This document shows, piece after piece, positions 50,003-64,000 of a DNA stretch of 64,000 nt. The notes below the pieces were generated by a model. The model was not told the DNA's origin and did no database searches. It was given only the letters and a program-made list of their open reading frames with translations. Position numbers and translations under genes: made by a program. This stretch comes from Eledone cirrhosa (taxonomy: Eukaryota): positions 10,850,001 to 10,914,000 of the forward strand of contig OZ024750.1 of the NCBI GenBank assembly GCA_964016885.1, read 5' to 3'. Positions within the stretch are counted from its first letter, which is position 1; each line of letters opens with the position of its first letter.

Positions 50003-50331
50003 ATTAATCAGTATACACTGAGGATGAAAAACTCAGAGCTGTAAGGGAGCATCCCAAAAGTCAGCTCAAAAGTGACACAGAGGAGACTGAGGTTGGCTGG
50101 ACATGCTCACCGACATCCAGAGTTGACATTGCACTCAGTGCTCCTTTGGGAGCCCCTACATGGACACACTAGAAGAGGAAGACCAAGGTTAACATATGTT
50201 GATGCCCTAAGGACAGACACTGGTCTGTTGGAGATGCAGGATATGGCAGCGATGATGAGGGACAGAGACCGCTGGAGAGAACTCGTCCATGGATCTCAGG
50301 AATTTTACCCGCCTTAGATAGATAGATAGAT
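50003..50331 (+). mobile_element. RTE-like LINE 3' fragment (family A)
   Basis: [17 protein letters not shown] plus (TAGA)n. Confidence 0.9.
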
Positions 50332-50988
50332 ACAAATGGAAGTTTAGTAAAATCGAAGTTTTGGTTGTGGCCAAGCTAACGATATACAATTAGCAATGTG
50401 CAGCAAAGCACTCGATAAGGCTGTGTCACCTTAAAGTAATAACTGTTTCTACTTTAGGCACAAGGCCAGCAATTACTCAGTGCATTACTGGTACTTTATT
50501 TTATCGACCCCGTAAGGATGAAAGGCAAAGTTAACCTCGGCGGGATTTGAACTCAGACTGTAACTATGCTAGAAAGCATGGCGTCCAACCCTCTACTGAT
50601 ACTGCCAATTCACCGCCCTTCACCTTAAAGTAATAACTGTTTCTACTTTAGGCACAAGGCCAGCAATTACCCAGTGCATTTAATAACATACGTTAGATAG
50701 CTTGACAAATTGAAAACTGCGGCCGGCGAGTCTAGCCACATGATACCAAAGCAACGAAAAACCAATAAGGATGTATGTATGTATGTATGTATGTATGTAT
50801 GTATGTATGTATGTATGTATGTATGTATGTATGTATGTATGTATGTATGTGTTTATATATGTGTATATATGTATATATTTGTGTGTACGTATGTATGTAT
50901 GCATACACATTTTTGCCAATAGAGAGAGAGTCGGTTTTTAACATAGACACAAGACTCTCTCATTGGAATTAACACATCAACTAGGTAG

Positions 50989-51019
<31 letters not shown>

Positions 51020-51341
51020 TGTATGTATGTATGTATGTATGTATGTATGTATGTGTGTGCTTCAGTGCTCAATTTTGTTAATATCCCATTGACAAAATTT
51101 AGCCGCGTGTTAAGTCAAGAGAAATATCAGATAAATTGAAAGAATTTAAGAGATAATGGAACTTATTACCATTTATGATTCGGTTATTTTAAACAATTCT
51201 TATAGTGATTTCATTAACATTCTTTCCACACAAATACTTACTTGAATACTTTTTGTTAGCGCTCGTAAGTTATCGATAGGCTTAATCCGATTATATATAT
51301 ATATGTGTGTGTAGAGAGAGAAAGAAAGAGATAGAAACCCG

Positions 51342-51455
<114 letters not shown>

Positions 51456-51514
51456 GTAATAATAAATGTGAAGACCAAAATACGAGGAGGGTTCGATAAG
51501 GATTTTATATATAT

Positions 51515-51761
51515 AAAATATATATAAAAACCCGTAGAGCAAATATTTATTATAAGAACAGATTAAAGTTTAAGTAAAAGAAATCGCTGCTTTCACCCTT
51601 AAGGATTCTTTGCTTAACTTTAATCTGTATATATATTTATAGATATATATAAATATATATATAAACCCGTAGAGCAAATATTTATAAGAACAGATTAAAG
51701 TTTAAGCAAAAAATCGCTGCTTTCACTCTTAATGAGTCTTTGCTTAAACTTTAATCTGTTC

Positions 51762-51766
<5 letters not shown>
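51515..51766. repeat. Tandemly duplicated hairpin element
   Basis: Two copies of aacagattaaagtttaagcaaa..tttgcttaaactttaatctgt; a half copy lies at ~31905-31950. Confidence 0.75.
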
Positions 51767-51824
<58 letters not shown>

Positions 51825-52188
51825 CGAACTCCCATACAGTTTCAATCTACAAATGAATCTCAATTGGAGTTTATATTGAAAAGGAGAAAAAAAATCATCA
51901 AGGAGCTTCTAATTTCAAATTGAGATGTTGAGGAGCTGTTTAGATAATTGAAATACGGGCAGCCCATATTTGTGCACACCTGACCAAACTACAACAGAAC
52001 ATTTCATTGATACCAAAAAGAAGGAGATATGTTATGAATAAGATGTATTTCTCTAGCCAATTGGAGACAAAACTAAATGAAATAAGTTAAAATCTTGTTA
52101 TAGTAATAGTAATTAATCAATTTCAGTAACACTATTTAGACAATTACAGTATTAAATATTAATTAACCAGTATGCTTTTTATTAATCA

Positions 52189-52225
52189 GTGCTGATGATG
52201 ACTGTATGGCAGTAACAACTGTTCA
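52189..52225 (+). ncRNA. Degenerate hammerhead remnant
   Basis: GTG-CTGATGA-tgactg tatgg cagtaa-CAAC tGTT-CAC; GAAA is mutated. Confidence 0.3.
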
Positions 52226-53660
52226 CCAGACTGAAGAGCTCACAGCTTAGTATTTAGTCCCTATCTCCGTTTCAAAACTGGTTTGATTTTATCTCAACAG
52301 GGTCAGTGAATTAAGTACAGGTGTTTTACCATTCTTGATTTAATCAACTTCACAAAATTCCACAACATTGGGCCATTATCAGAAATTATTTTCATAATTG
52401 ATTCAAATCCGAGAAAGAAATATTGTCTTAATTTAAATTACATTCTACAAAAAATAAACAATGAATATTAGTTTTTGAAAGAACTATAGCCAATTTATTT
52501 CATTTAGATTATACAAAATAAATCAATGGTTTTCCAACTTGTTTAATTCTCATTAGAAATTCTAATTTATTGTTATAATTGTAAACACTATCGGGTTCAT
52601 TGAGTTGATTACAAACATAGAATGAATTTTAAAGTGAAATTAGGTTCTCATTTAATCCAGTATATATATTTGTTTGTATTTATCAGAAAATTATTCATTT
52701 ATTGATGCTTAATGAGTTGTGTCGAGATCAAAATGAAATATTTGCATGTGAAAATGTTCAATTCAATAAGACTTGATGGACCTATTCTTTGTTTTCACCC
52801 AATGATGATAACATGCCACTGGGTGTTATTGCACTCATTGACTTTACCAAATAGTGATAGCATACCACTGCCTGTCAATGTAATACAGACATAAACAAAC
52901 CAACGGAATGTCGAGTTGAAATCTTTAGAAAATGTAGAAATGAGCGTAAGAAACTCTAACCACCATGTCAGACACTCGTTGGTAGAATGTTGCGAGTGTC
53001 TGGCAGCCTTCTAAATTACCGTTTCGATTGACCCAGGCCTGCAGCCCCGCTATACAGACAAACTGTAGAAAAGGAAGCCGGAAACATGTTGCCAAAACCG
53101 GTCTATGGTCAAAACTAGCGAAAAGTCAGCCTTAAAAAGTACTCCTTTGAGAGTAAATGACACAGACATGGCAGATATTTGTACTTTTATTTAGTGATTA
53201 TTCCACCACTACTGCTACACTCACGATAAGTCTATGGTTTGCGGATAAGATCATATAAACATCAGAAATATATCCGGAGTTGTATCCTAAATTGTCTAAA
53301 TTTACTTCATATTTTGTCACTGATTAAATTGTTTCTAATTAATTAGTATTTCAAATATTTAATATTCTTATGACTAGTTTAATAACTAAAAGAATATTTT
53401 GAACATATGAAGAATTCGATCAAAGCGCGTATTGCACTCGTTCTCACAGAGTAACAACATATGTGTACAAGCACCACTGTGCCGCTAGATGTATTTCCTT
53501 ATGTACTTTTAGATGTTTCACATGGATAAGAAGGGAAAATAGTATATAACATTATGTAGACCGTAGAGAATTATAAAATAGCAATACTATAGAACTACGT
53601 AGACCTATATATATATATGTGTATATATACATATATAATATATATATATATACATATATA

Positions 53661-53713
<53 letters not shown>

Positions 53714-54394
53714 CATATATAATATATATATATATACATATATAAATATATATATATACATATATACACATATAAATATATATATACATATATACACATA
53801 TATAAATATATATATATACACACACATAAATATATATATATATATACACATATATACATATATATATATACACACACACATATATACATATATATATACA
53901 TATATTCACATATATAAATATATATATATATACATACACACATAAATATATATATACATATGTATCCAGGCAGAATATGAAAGTAGCCATGTTACAAAGA
54001 AAATAAATGACTGATTGTCTGATGACATTTGTAGATAAATCACGTATCTTTTAGAAGAAATAATGCTAGCGAACAATACTAAAACTAACGTGTAGAAAGT
54101 GAAATATATAAAATATACAAAACATAAAATATATAAAATAAAAGTTTGTTGGAGGCAAACGAAAAATATCACAATTGAAGAATGAATCCCAGTGGATGAA
54201 AAGGTTCAAGCATAGATACAATATATTCCTTAAAACTAAAAGTCTGGAAGAAGACAATACCTGATTCTAAATTAAATTATATTGATTAGAATACATAAAA
54301 AATATATGTTCAAAGGGATATGGGTTGTAAATATATGCAGTAAAGAAAACGACTCTAAAGCACAGAAGTTAACCCCATGAAATCTAATATTTTG

Positions 54395-54892
54395 TGTTAA
54401 CTTTGCTTTTCATCCTTACGGGGTCGATAAAATAAAGTACCAGTCACGCACTGGGGTAGATTTAATCGACTTTCCTCTCCCCCCAAATTACTGGCCTTGT
54501 GTCTATATAAGAAACCATTATTATTACTTGGCAATATCGGTAGAGGGTCGGATGCCATGCTTTGCAGCACAGTTACGTCCCTTTACGGACTGAGTTCAAA
54601 TCGCGCCGAGGTTGACTTTGCCTTTCATCCTTACGGGATCGATAACATAAAGTACCAGTAATACACTGAGATAATTGCTGGCCTTGTGCCAAAAGTAGAA
54701 ACAATTATTACTGGCAGTGTCGGTAGAAGGTCGGACACCATGCTTTGACGTATAGAGTTACGGCCCTTGCCATTCTGAGTTCAAATCCCGCCGAGGTTAA
54801 CTTTGTCTTTCATCATTACGGAGTCAATAAAATAAAGTACCAGTAATGTACTGGGTAATTGCTGGTCTTGTGCCAAAGGTAGAAACAATTAT
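54395..54892 (+). mobile_element. Three head-to-tail SINE S1 copies
   Basis: One partial and two near-complete copies of different subtypes, joined at ATT tails. Confidence 0.85.
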
Positions 54893-56299
54893 TTCCAGAT
54901 TTCAAAACAACAAAATAATTCGTTCATCTCTTGCAACTATGTACACCACTATTTCTTGTCCAAGGAAGAAGCATACACGAAATATTAGATTTCATGTTTC
55001 TACAAAGTACAAAATATTTGATACTGTGTACTTAATCTTATTTCAGTTTATGTCGAGGTCTTGAAAACCATTCTAGAATTGGTGCCACGATAAAATGTAA
55101 AGTAGCTGAGCATCCAGCTTTAGAGATGATGTGAAAAATGGAACATATAAGAGAGATATATTCCATCGATCTGGCTGAATGGGAAAGTAGAGGAAAGGAC
55201 TATGAAAGCTATAAATGAGAGGAAAAGTAGGGGAAAAGCAAGGACACTAGGGCCATAGAAAAAGGGAGGGAGAAGAAGGGTGGAGGAAGAGGGGAGGGTG
55301 ATGGAGGCTAGGCCTAGGGCACGGCGTATCTTGAATTATTGATTTTTATACACAGACGCACACATACATATATGTATGTGTATATGTGTGTATTACACTG
55401 TATATTTTCTCAATCATGCGATATGGTTGTGAGGATTCGATACCCCATCTTCTTTATGGTAATAATATTCAAATGCCGACATTTCATATTCAGTACTCCT
55501 TTATTCCATATAATTTAACCATTTTAAAGCCGTGTTAAGGTATTTTACTGTCGTTGGAGTCCACCCCAAGTTTTCATAAATTCTAGATTTAGTTTTCAAA
55601 TGAAATATTTACACAGATTTTAGGTGGATATGTTAACAGGAAGTCAAATATACGGAGACATTGTTTTATGTAAAACTGTGAATAAGTGTTTGGAAAATAA
55701 AGAAATATTTATGAGAATTCTACTACTCAAAATCTACAATACAGACGTTCTTTGTAACAACTAATATGTAAAACAGTTTCAACTCCTCTACAACTACTAC
55801 CTATCAACAGTAATTTATAAGTATAGCGAAAAGTATCTAAATATAAATCAATCTTTTCCTTCAAACGATAATGAATTTGAATCAGAATGTAGAGGTTTAA
55901 GAATAACATTTCTATGAAGAGCAGACACCCAGGAAATTCTAAAAGTTGCGAATTAGTACATGGAAAGATTGAACAGATAGTAATCACACATAATTAGTTG
56001 AAGGTGATGACAATGATGATGATGATGATGATGATGATGACGATGATTATGGTGGTGGTGATGACGATGACGATGACGATACTGATGGCGATGATGATGA
56101 TGATGATGATGATGGTGGTGATGACGATGACACAAATGAAAACATCAAAAACACTGATGACTTGTCTTCTCAAGACTGAACTCTATAGATGATGAACACA
56201 TCCACAAGGATATGGTCCGAACGTGGAAGAGCCGAACTCCCACTGTCATCGCCTCCATCTCTCTCTCGCCCTCCCCCATCTCTCTGTATCATGAGAAAA

Positions 56300-56690
56300 T
56301 GGGGTCCCACGTGCTGGCCTCCCCACAGCCCCAGCTAACAGAATGGAGAAGGCGTTTCCCCGGAGGATGGTAAGGGAGATGCGCTGGAAGAGCCATTCCA
56401 TCTCGTGAAGCTCACACCTGCGGCTGGCCAGCTCAGCGCCTATGGTGGTGAATAGGGAGGTAGCCCTAGGGCCAAGGACACCAGAAGTCTCCACTGCCAA
56501 GGGCACGACCCCAAACCTGTCATAGAGCGACCGGTACTTGGAGAGTTTGGCCTTCCCAGCCTGATGTACAGCAGAACCTGGGTTAGTCGCAGACTACACC
56601 AGGTTGCGGCTGGAGAAGGTGCCGCTGCGAGTGGCATCCCAGACGAGGGGTTTGCCACCGCGGAACGGGAAGATGGTTAGGACAGCACTA
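56300..56690 (-). mobile_element. CRE-like fragment with RLE motif
   Basis: LTIFPFRGGKPLVWDAT..AKLSKY..AVETSGVLGP..LFQRISLTILRGNA, with stops/frameshift; a weaker copy lies at ~14990-15130 (-). Confidence 0.8.
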
Positions 56691-56970
56691 TACAATAACC
56701 ATGGAATCAACGAAAATATTCTAAATTTTCCTAGACGCTATAGTTACATAAAAACAAATATAGATATATTAATGTATTACATTTCTACAGTATCACTATT
56801 TCGTCGGTCGCCATTTGCTTTATTATCTCAGTTATTTAATTAAAACATAAGAATATGATACATGCCATCACACATTGTATAATAACAGTTTCTTTTGTCT
56901 ACAGAATATTAATAAAAGCAATGCTAGAAGTGAAATGCTCGGCTGAGTCTAGCATCCAAGTAGTCTATTT

Positions 56971-57134
56971 TAACTATTCCATATTATCCTTAGTAGATAG
57001 AAAATACTTTCCCATGAATTTTAACTTTTTTGTAAAATCGTTCAAATAATAGATTGGCTCTGGTAAAATCGTTCAAATACTCGTAATAACCCTTCTATTT
57101 CTGCCTAAGGTCAAGTCAAAATGATTCTTAAAAC

Positions 57135-57166
<32 letters not shown>

Positions 57167-57421
57167 ACATATATGTATATATATACTAATTCAATGTAAA
57201 ACGTATGAAAGCCGAATTCCAATAACTTCTTTTTTTAATGTTACATAATACGTATTTCTGTTTTAAGAATCATTTTGACTTGACCTTAGGCAGAAATAGA
57301 AGGGTTATTACGAGTATTTGAATGATTTTACCAGAGCCAATCTATTATTTGAACGATTTTACAAAAAAGTTAAAATTCATGGGAAAGTATTTTCTATCTA
57401 CTAAGGATAATGTGGAATAGT
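56971..57421. repeat. Inverted repeat, ~165-bp arms, with microsatellite-containing spacer
   Basis: 56971-57136 is the reverse complement of 57259-57421 with few mismatches. Confidence 0.95.
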
Positions 57422-57430
57422 ATACATATA

Positions 57431-57493
<63 letters not shown>

Positions 57494-59805
57494 ACATATA
57501 TGTATATGCATACACATTTACGTAGACACATATCCATCACACTCTCTCTTCCCAAATAGACAGCATTGTTTGTACAAAAGATAAGTGACTGAAGTAGAAA
57601 TTTTGTTAATTATTTCCTATCCAATGATTTAATAGTTTACAAGGAATCAAATAAGGAATATAAAATAAAAAAAAAAACTATTTAAAAAATAATAAAAAAC
57701 AACTGACTTATGAAAATAGTATTTTAATTAACTTCATGTAGTTTAAAATGTTCGTCATTTATTGACTGTGAAGGATTGGTACTTTTCAAAGGACTAGATA
57801 AAATTGGAGTTAATTGATTATTGATTTTTTTCTATAAACAACAACAACAACGACAACAACAACGATAACAACAACAACCGCAACAACAACCACAACAACA
57901 ATAAAATAATCGAAACCTCTTATCGGGATGAGATGTAGGTAAATATGTTCACTGCAGCATACTATTTTCGAAATTTTATTGGCTATCTTCTGTTACTAAT
58001 CATATAATTTTATCAACATTAGTGGTCAGACATAAAAAGTGAAGTTGGGTATAGAAATAAAGAAGGCAAAAGAATGGCATTAAATACAGTAGATAATTTT
58101 GCTGAGATATTATCATGCTGAAATCTTGCTTCCTAGAGTCAAAGAAATGTTGATGTTTGTGGTGTTGGTTAGCACAAGACCTTATATTTTGTATAGAGTA
58201 TATATAGACGGTTAAATCCTTCACAACACTTGAGATGTATTTTATTTATTGACATCTGCGGGAATTGAAATTAGATTCTAAAAACTGTGATTCAATACTG
58301 CAAGGTATTTTGTCCAACATTCTAAAGTCACGGGTCATTAAATTAAATTAATGAAATATCGATTTGAAGACAGTTGCAATTCGGTGAATGTGAAAGAAAA
58401 AGTTGATGACGATGGAATGAGACTAAAAGCAAGAGAGTCCAGCGGGACTCTTTAATAAACTTCAATACAATATTGGAAAGTACCTGAACTAGTAGACATA
58501 AATTTATTTCTCATTCTCTACATTTATTGCCCCCCCCCCTCCAAAAAAGTTTTAATTGAAACACTTTAATTGGTCTTCCATTGTGTGCTTTTGTAACTTA
58601 AAAAAATAACAAAACCTTTTCACAACTTAATTCACATCGTATATGTTAAGAAAAATCTATTGAAAATAATTTCTTTCTACGACGTCTGGTGAAACAGAAA
58701 AGAAATCTGGTGAGAATCTCGCACTTCTAAAACATAAAGATCGAATTATTCATTATTTCTTACTTTTGATGTTTGGTAAATTCTCTTTGAGAGCTACTCT
58801 ATAACTTTGGTGGAGCAATTAATAATTTGAACACTAGAACAACGAACACATTCATCTGTTTCGTATATATTTCGATTCAGTTAGATGAGATGAGATGAGA
58901 AATTAGATATGCAAACGCCAGCAACTAAAATAGTATTTTCAAATATATCAAAACATTTGAATGAGGGTTCGTATCTAGAATAATAGAAAATAAATCAATG
59001 ACTATCAAGTCTTTCAATAAAAATTAACGAATTTATCACAACCATCTTTAAATACAGAGATTCTCTCACATTTCATATTGATATTAAATAAATACACGAG
59101 TAGTTTCTCGTAAACCTACATTATACTACACCGAATTATTGCATAATTAACTAGATGAAATTGACTTACGTGTGTATACATTTTTAGGGGACAGCCTGTA
59201 ATATATATATATACATACAGCAATAGTTTTGCACAATTCCGCTTCCCCAAATCCTCGTATCTTAATGTATAGAAGAAGAGAACCATCTGGCAAAACTTGC
59301 CAATATTTTAATGCTATCTTGTAGACAAGAACATTTAGAAATAGCGAATCATTTGTCTAATAATAGTGGTTAAAATTCACAAAACAATAATGAACGGCCA
59401 TGTAATTCTTGAGAGTTCATTGAAATGTTTGAAACATAGAGCATAAAAATTAATTAGCATATTCATACCCTGTATTGGAAACATTTCTCAAATTTTCAGT
59501 AATGGCCTGCCCTGCAGTTTACTTCAGCAATCGAATATATATATACGTAAAATTCGGAGTTCACAGCAACGAAATTATAGGTTTTGAACACGTAACACTC
59601 CAGATAGTAATTACGAAGGAACCGTGCAAATGGAAAGGAAAACTCGCGTAACTTAAATATAATAGAAAAAAAAATATAAGCTTCGAAACACAAATATATT
59701 TAGAACCCCTCCCCCCACATATATATATATATATGCATACATACATACATACATGCAAGCATGCATATATATATATATATATATATATGCATATATATAT
59801 GCATG

Positions 59806-59843
<38 letters not shown>

Positions 59844-60004
59844 TATATATATATGCATACATACATGCAAGCATGCATGTATATATATATATATATGCAT
59901 ACATGCACACGTACATACACGCTTACATACATACATACATACACACACACATATATATATATATATACATGCATACATAGATACATAATACATACATAAA
60001 TGTA

Positions 60005-60064
<60 letters not shown>

Positions 60065-60689
60065 TACATACGTACATAACACATACATACACACGTAGAT
60101 AAATACATACATGCGTGCAGAAAGGGCACGGCAAGTTAGGAAATTGCAAGTACAGTCCTTTAATGGAACTGTAAATATATATAAAACATTTCAGAAATTC
60201 GGCATGTAATAACTACAAATAGACATGTATGGATAAGAAAGATATAGATGAGTACACATGTAACTCAAAACATATAGATCCACACAGGTAATAACATCCA
60301 TACCTGCAGACAGACATGATGGCTGCTAACTCTGCTAAGAGTATTGCAATCGCTTGTCAGATTACAGAAAATGGTGCACTTTTAGGCTACGGCCAGCCAC
60401 ACTAACCTGTAACAGATCCTGAACAAGCAATGCGTGTGCTTTGAAGGTTTTTTTAAGTGGGGGGAAAGGCCTTGCACTCGACCAATCCCACTCTCTGAAT
60501 ATCGAAAACACTACCCGAAAAGGAGAACATCGGATGATTCCGAAGCTGCAGGTTTTTTCAGAGTTTCCCTCTCTTAGAAAGACACATGCATACAGAAACT
60601 TGTACGATCATATGTAATATGTCTCGCATGCACTGAATAACCGTGAGTTTCGGCGATTTTTGAAATAAATAGAATCGAATTATATTATT

Positions 60690-60945
60690 TTGCCGTGGCA
60701 CAATGCTGCAAGTAGGCTCAGTAGCTCTAATATGCCGTGGAACAATGTTGTAAAGTAACTCAGTGGCTGTAATTTACTCTGCAATAATGTTGTCAAATAC
60801 TGGCTCGATAGCTGTAATTTGCCCTGGCACAAAGTGACTTAGTAGCTGTAATTTACTGTGCCACAGTAAAGTGACTCAATAGATGTAATTTTCTATGCAA
60901 TAATATTCTAAAATGGCTCAATAGCTGTAATTGTGCCCCAGCAGC
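60690..60945. repeat. Old, degenerate ~35-45-bp tandem repeat
   Basis: Recurrent (g/a)ctcagtagctgtaattt motif, ~6 units. Confidence 0.65.
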
Positions 60946-63304
60946 TGTCAAGTTCTCTCACGGTTTTTCGAACATCGGATGTAGATCGATATATTTTTAA
61001 TGAAAAATATCCTGCTGAGCCGCTATTTGCATGAATCGTTGAGGGTAATTTACCATTTCGGATGATTTTATGACGCTTCTTAATGAATGTAGTGTTATAA
61101 TCGAAGGACGTTCTCACCTTATATGTGACATATACTTTAAAGTAAAATATTTACCCATAAATTAACCTCTTCTTCATGACCAGCTAATGATATATTACTT
61201 CTATCAAGATGTAATTATCTATTCCATTTCGAATTGGCGAAACCATTCTCATTAATTTAAAATTACATTTTCAACAGCGTTTTTCTGATAACAATGAAAA
61301 TGCCACAATTTATTAAGAATCTTTCAAAATCAATTTTACAGCACTATCGAAAAGATTGCTTCATATCTTAAACTAGAAATTATCGACCAGGTGTCAAAAG
61401 ACACGATAAAAAGCAAATACAAAAGGAGAAACTTTATTGACGTATTTGAATGTCCCTCATACGAAAGATACACCTAAGAAAATCAGTGATTTTTCACTGT
61501 TGTCTCAGTTGATTTTTTTCCCAAAACCAGAATTAGTCGTTTACTTTACATATTGAGTCCCCCAACCCATCCTAAATATTTTATAACGTGATGGATTTCT
61601 TGTAATGTTATTTTTTTGTCATATATAATGTTTTTAACGTCTAAAGAAAACTAATTGTGACATATATAAGCTTTATTATTTGTCACATATATAAGCTTTA
61701 TTATGTTGTGGGCTTCAGCATTAAGCACAGTCTATTTATGTGAGAAAAAATATTCAAAGAGGAAGTGTATTAAATTATTTTATAGATCCGAGTAAAGTGA
61801 TCGCTACTTGCAGTTAGTTTTGATTAGAAGAAGAACAAAGTTTGAATATTTGATTATTAAATAAAACAAATTATAATTATAATTCTCACCGATTAGCATT
61901 CCAGCTTATACCAAAACATATTTATTTTAAATATACTTACAATAATGAAAATAATTAAAACAAATTAATATAAACAAAGAATTGCAAATATAATTGAATC
62001 AACGGAAGGAATATGTCTCCCGTCGAAAGATATTGAAAACTTAGCAAAGTGTGCGAGTGTAGAGAGTATTGTAAAAACGGAACTATTTGGAATAAATGGA
62101 AATGGAAATTAATAGTTTTCTACAACAATAAGCGAACAATAATTTAATGAAATGATAATCAGCATTATAAATAAATCAATACTTTTTATTAGAGCTATTG
62201 CGAATTTAGTATTTCAGTTATTGAAAACCGATTATTCTAATTACTTTTAATTCAATATACAGCTGAACATGCCTGATGGAAGACTTCACGATGAAGTATT
62301 TGTTGTAAACAAATTGTTAATCAGAAAACAAAGTTGAAATGTTAGAGTAGATGAAATGGTTCTATTTGGGACAAAGTGTCTTGAATTCCATATTATGGAT
62401 AAAGGATTGTGTATAAAAAGATCCCCTCCTCACAAAATACAAGAACTGATTCTAAATAACTCATTTATTGGAATCTAGTTCAAGCAACAACAAATAGAGG
62501 TTATAACCTAACGTCATTTGCTGAAATATCTTACAATTGGCGGGCGGACGATACTTTTGAGCAGGAGCGTGCAATAGCCCCCCCCCCCCCGACCAGAGTG
62601 GTCAGCGATGACGGTTTATAATTGTAGGCTTATTTAGAATTTTTTCGTAACCAGACATTGAGAAATTGTGCAAAAACACCAAATACCAAGACTCACATTA
62701 ATTGTTTCTACTTTTGGCACAAGGACACTAATTACCCAGTGTATTACTGGTACTTTATTTTATCAACCCCGTAAGGATGAAAGGCAAAGTTAACCTCGGC
62801 GGGATTTGAACTCAGAATGGCAAGGGACGTAACTCTATGCGCCAAAGCATGGCGTCCGACCTTCTACCGATACAACTAAATTATATTTTATTTGTCTTTA
62901 TTGTTTAAAAATGTATTCACAATGTATTTATGACTCAATTCACTGGTTTTCATTAGATTACATATTTTTGATAGTGACTGGCCCTAATAGTTCTTCCAAT
63001 GTTCAAAAATGGCCCTCTAATGGAATATGTTGCAATCCGTACTTTAGAGTTTTGAGTTCAACTAGTATAATAATTCGATAAAGACACGCCAAATCTGCTA
63101 AAATAAATCTAGACTTGATATGACATTTTTAGGCAGCATTTTTATTCTACAACTCGTAGAAGCCTTGGATGGTTTTACTAGCATCTGTATTTTACAAGAG
63201 ATTGTATATCAATAAACAGTATTTATATAAATGTTTAAACAAATAACTCATGTTTTACCTGAGAATCAACAAAATGAAAATAAAGACACACACGTGCCTC
63301 TTTA

Positions 63305-63474
63305 CAGAGAGAGAGCGAGAGAGAGGGAGATAGCGAGAGAGAGCGAGAGAGAGTGAAAGAGAGAGAGCGAGAGAGAGAGAGCGAAAGAGAGAGAGCGAGA
63401 GAGAGAGAGTGAAAGAGAGAGAGCGAGAGAGAGCTAGAGAGAGCGAGAGAGTGAGCGAGAGAGAGAGAGCGAGC

Positions 63475-63508
<34 letters not shown>

Positions 63509-63551
63509 GTGAGAGAGAGAGATAGATAGATAGAGAGAGAGAGAGAGATAG

Positions 63552-63585
<34 letters not shown>

Positions 63586-63820
63586 AAAGAGCGAGAGAGA
63601 GAGAGCGAGATAGAGCGAGAGAGAGAGCGAGAAAGAGCGAGAGAGTGAGAGAGCGAGAAAGAGCGAGCGAGAAAGAGCGAGCGAGAAAGTGCGAGCGAGA
63701 AAGAGCGAGAGAGTGAGAGAGCGAGAGAGAGCGAGAGAGAGAGAGAGCGAGCGAGCGAGAGAGAGAAAAAAAAGAGAGAGAGAGAGAGAGAGTGAGAGAG
63801 AGAGAGAGAGAGAGAGACTC
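63305..63820. repeat. (GA)n/(GAGC)/(GATA) compound microsatellite
   Basis: Direct reading; a similar (GA)n field lies at 4240-4512 and CA/CT-rich units at 31105-31645. Confidence 0.95.
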
Positions 63821-64000
63821 ACACAGACACACACGTATATGTATATAATGGAAAGAAATATTATTCTGTAAACAACCTTTGATATTCGTTCCATAATTTG
63901 TAATTCTCAAACGTATTAGTCATTCTTTTGTAATAAATTTGACTACTTCCATCTCCTGAAACGGACTCTATTCTAAGATCTGATATCATAATTTATATCT

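Noticed and set aside
55848-55938. Possible minus-strand terminal exon (ISWVSALHRNVILKP..*) and a candidate exon near 59555-59650
   Set aside because: Plausible acceptors only; no phase-consistent chain or recognisable domain
61200-62060. Possible decayed hAT transposase C-terminus
   Set aside because: Only scattered short resemblances in AT-rich sequence, no continuous frame

Overview
AT-rich, microsatellite-dense eukaryotic DNA. The SINE/LINE repertoire looks like a coleoid cephalopod, probably an octopod (inference). There is one 200-N gap. Almost all ORF-track entries are microsatellite or retroelement noise. Two spliced genes can be built by hand with consistent GT-AG sites and intron phases. 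(1) A minus-strand DSN1/Mis13-like kinetochore gene, 9-10 exons, 17885-27037/28744. (2) A plus-strand 4-exon, 148-aa secreted phospholipase A2-fold protein (37151-44046) that keeps a complete 5-disulfide scaffold but has lost the His-Asp catalytic dyad and the Ca2+ loop. The most striking non-coding signal is at least seven type I hammerhead-ribozyme motifs, supported by base-pair covariation between diverged copies. They are carried by Penelope-like/retrozyme-like elements, mostly inserted in or beside (TA)n tracts and often folded back into long palindromes, and include a ~483-nt head-to-tail unit next to and inside the PLA2-like gene. The rest is tRNA-derived SINEs (~20 copies of one family), RTE-like and CRE-like LINE fragments, piggyBac- and Tc1-type MITEs, a non-autonomous Helitron and several minisatellites.
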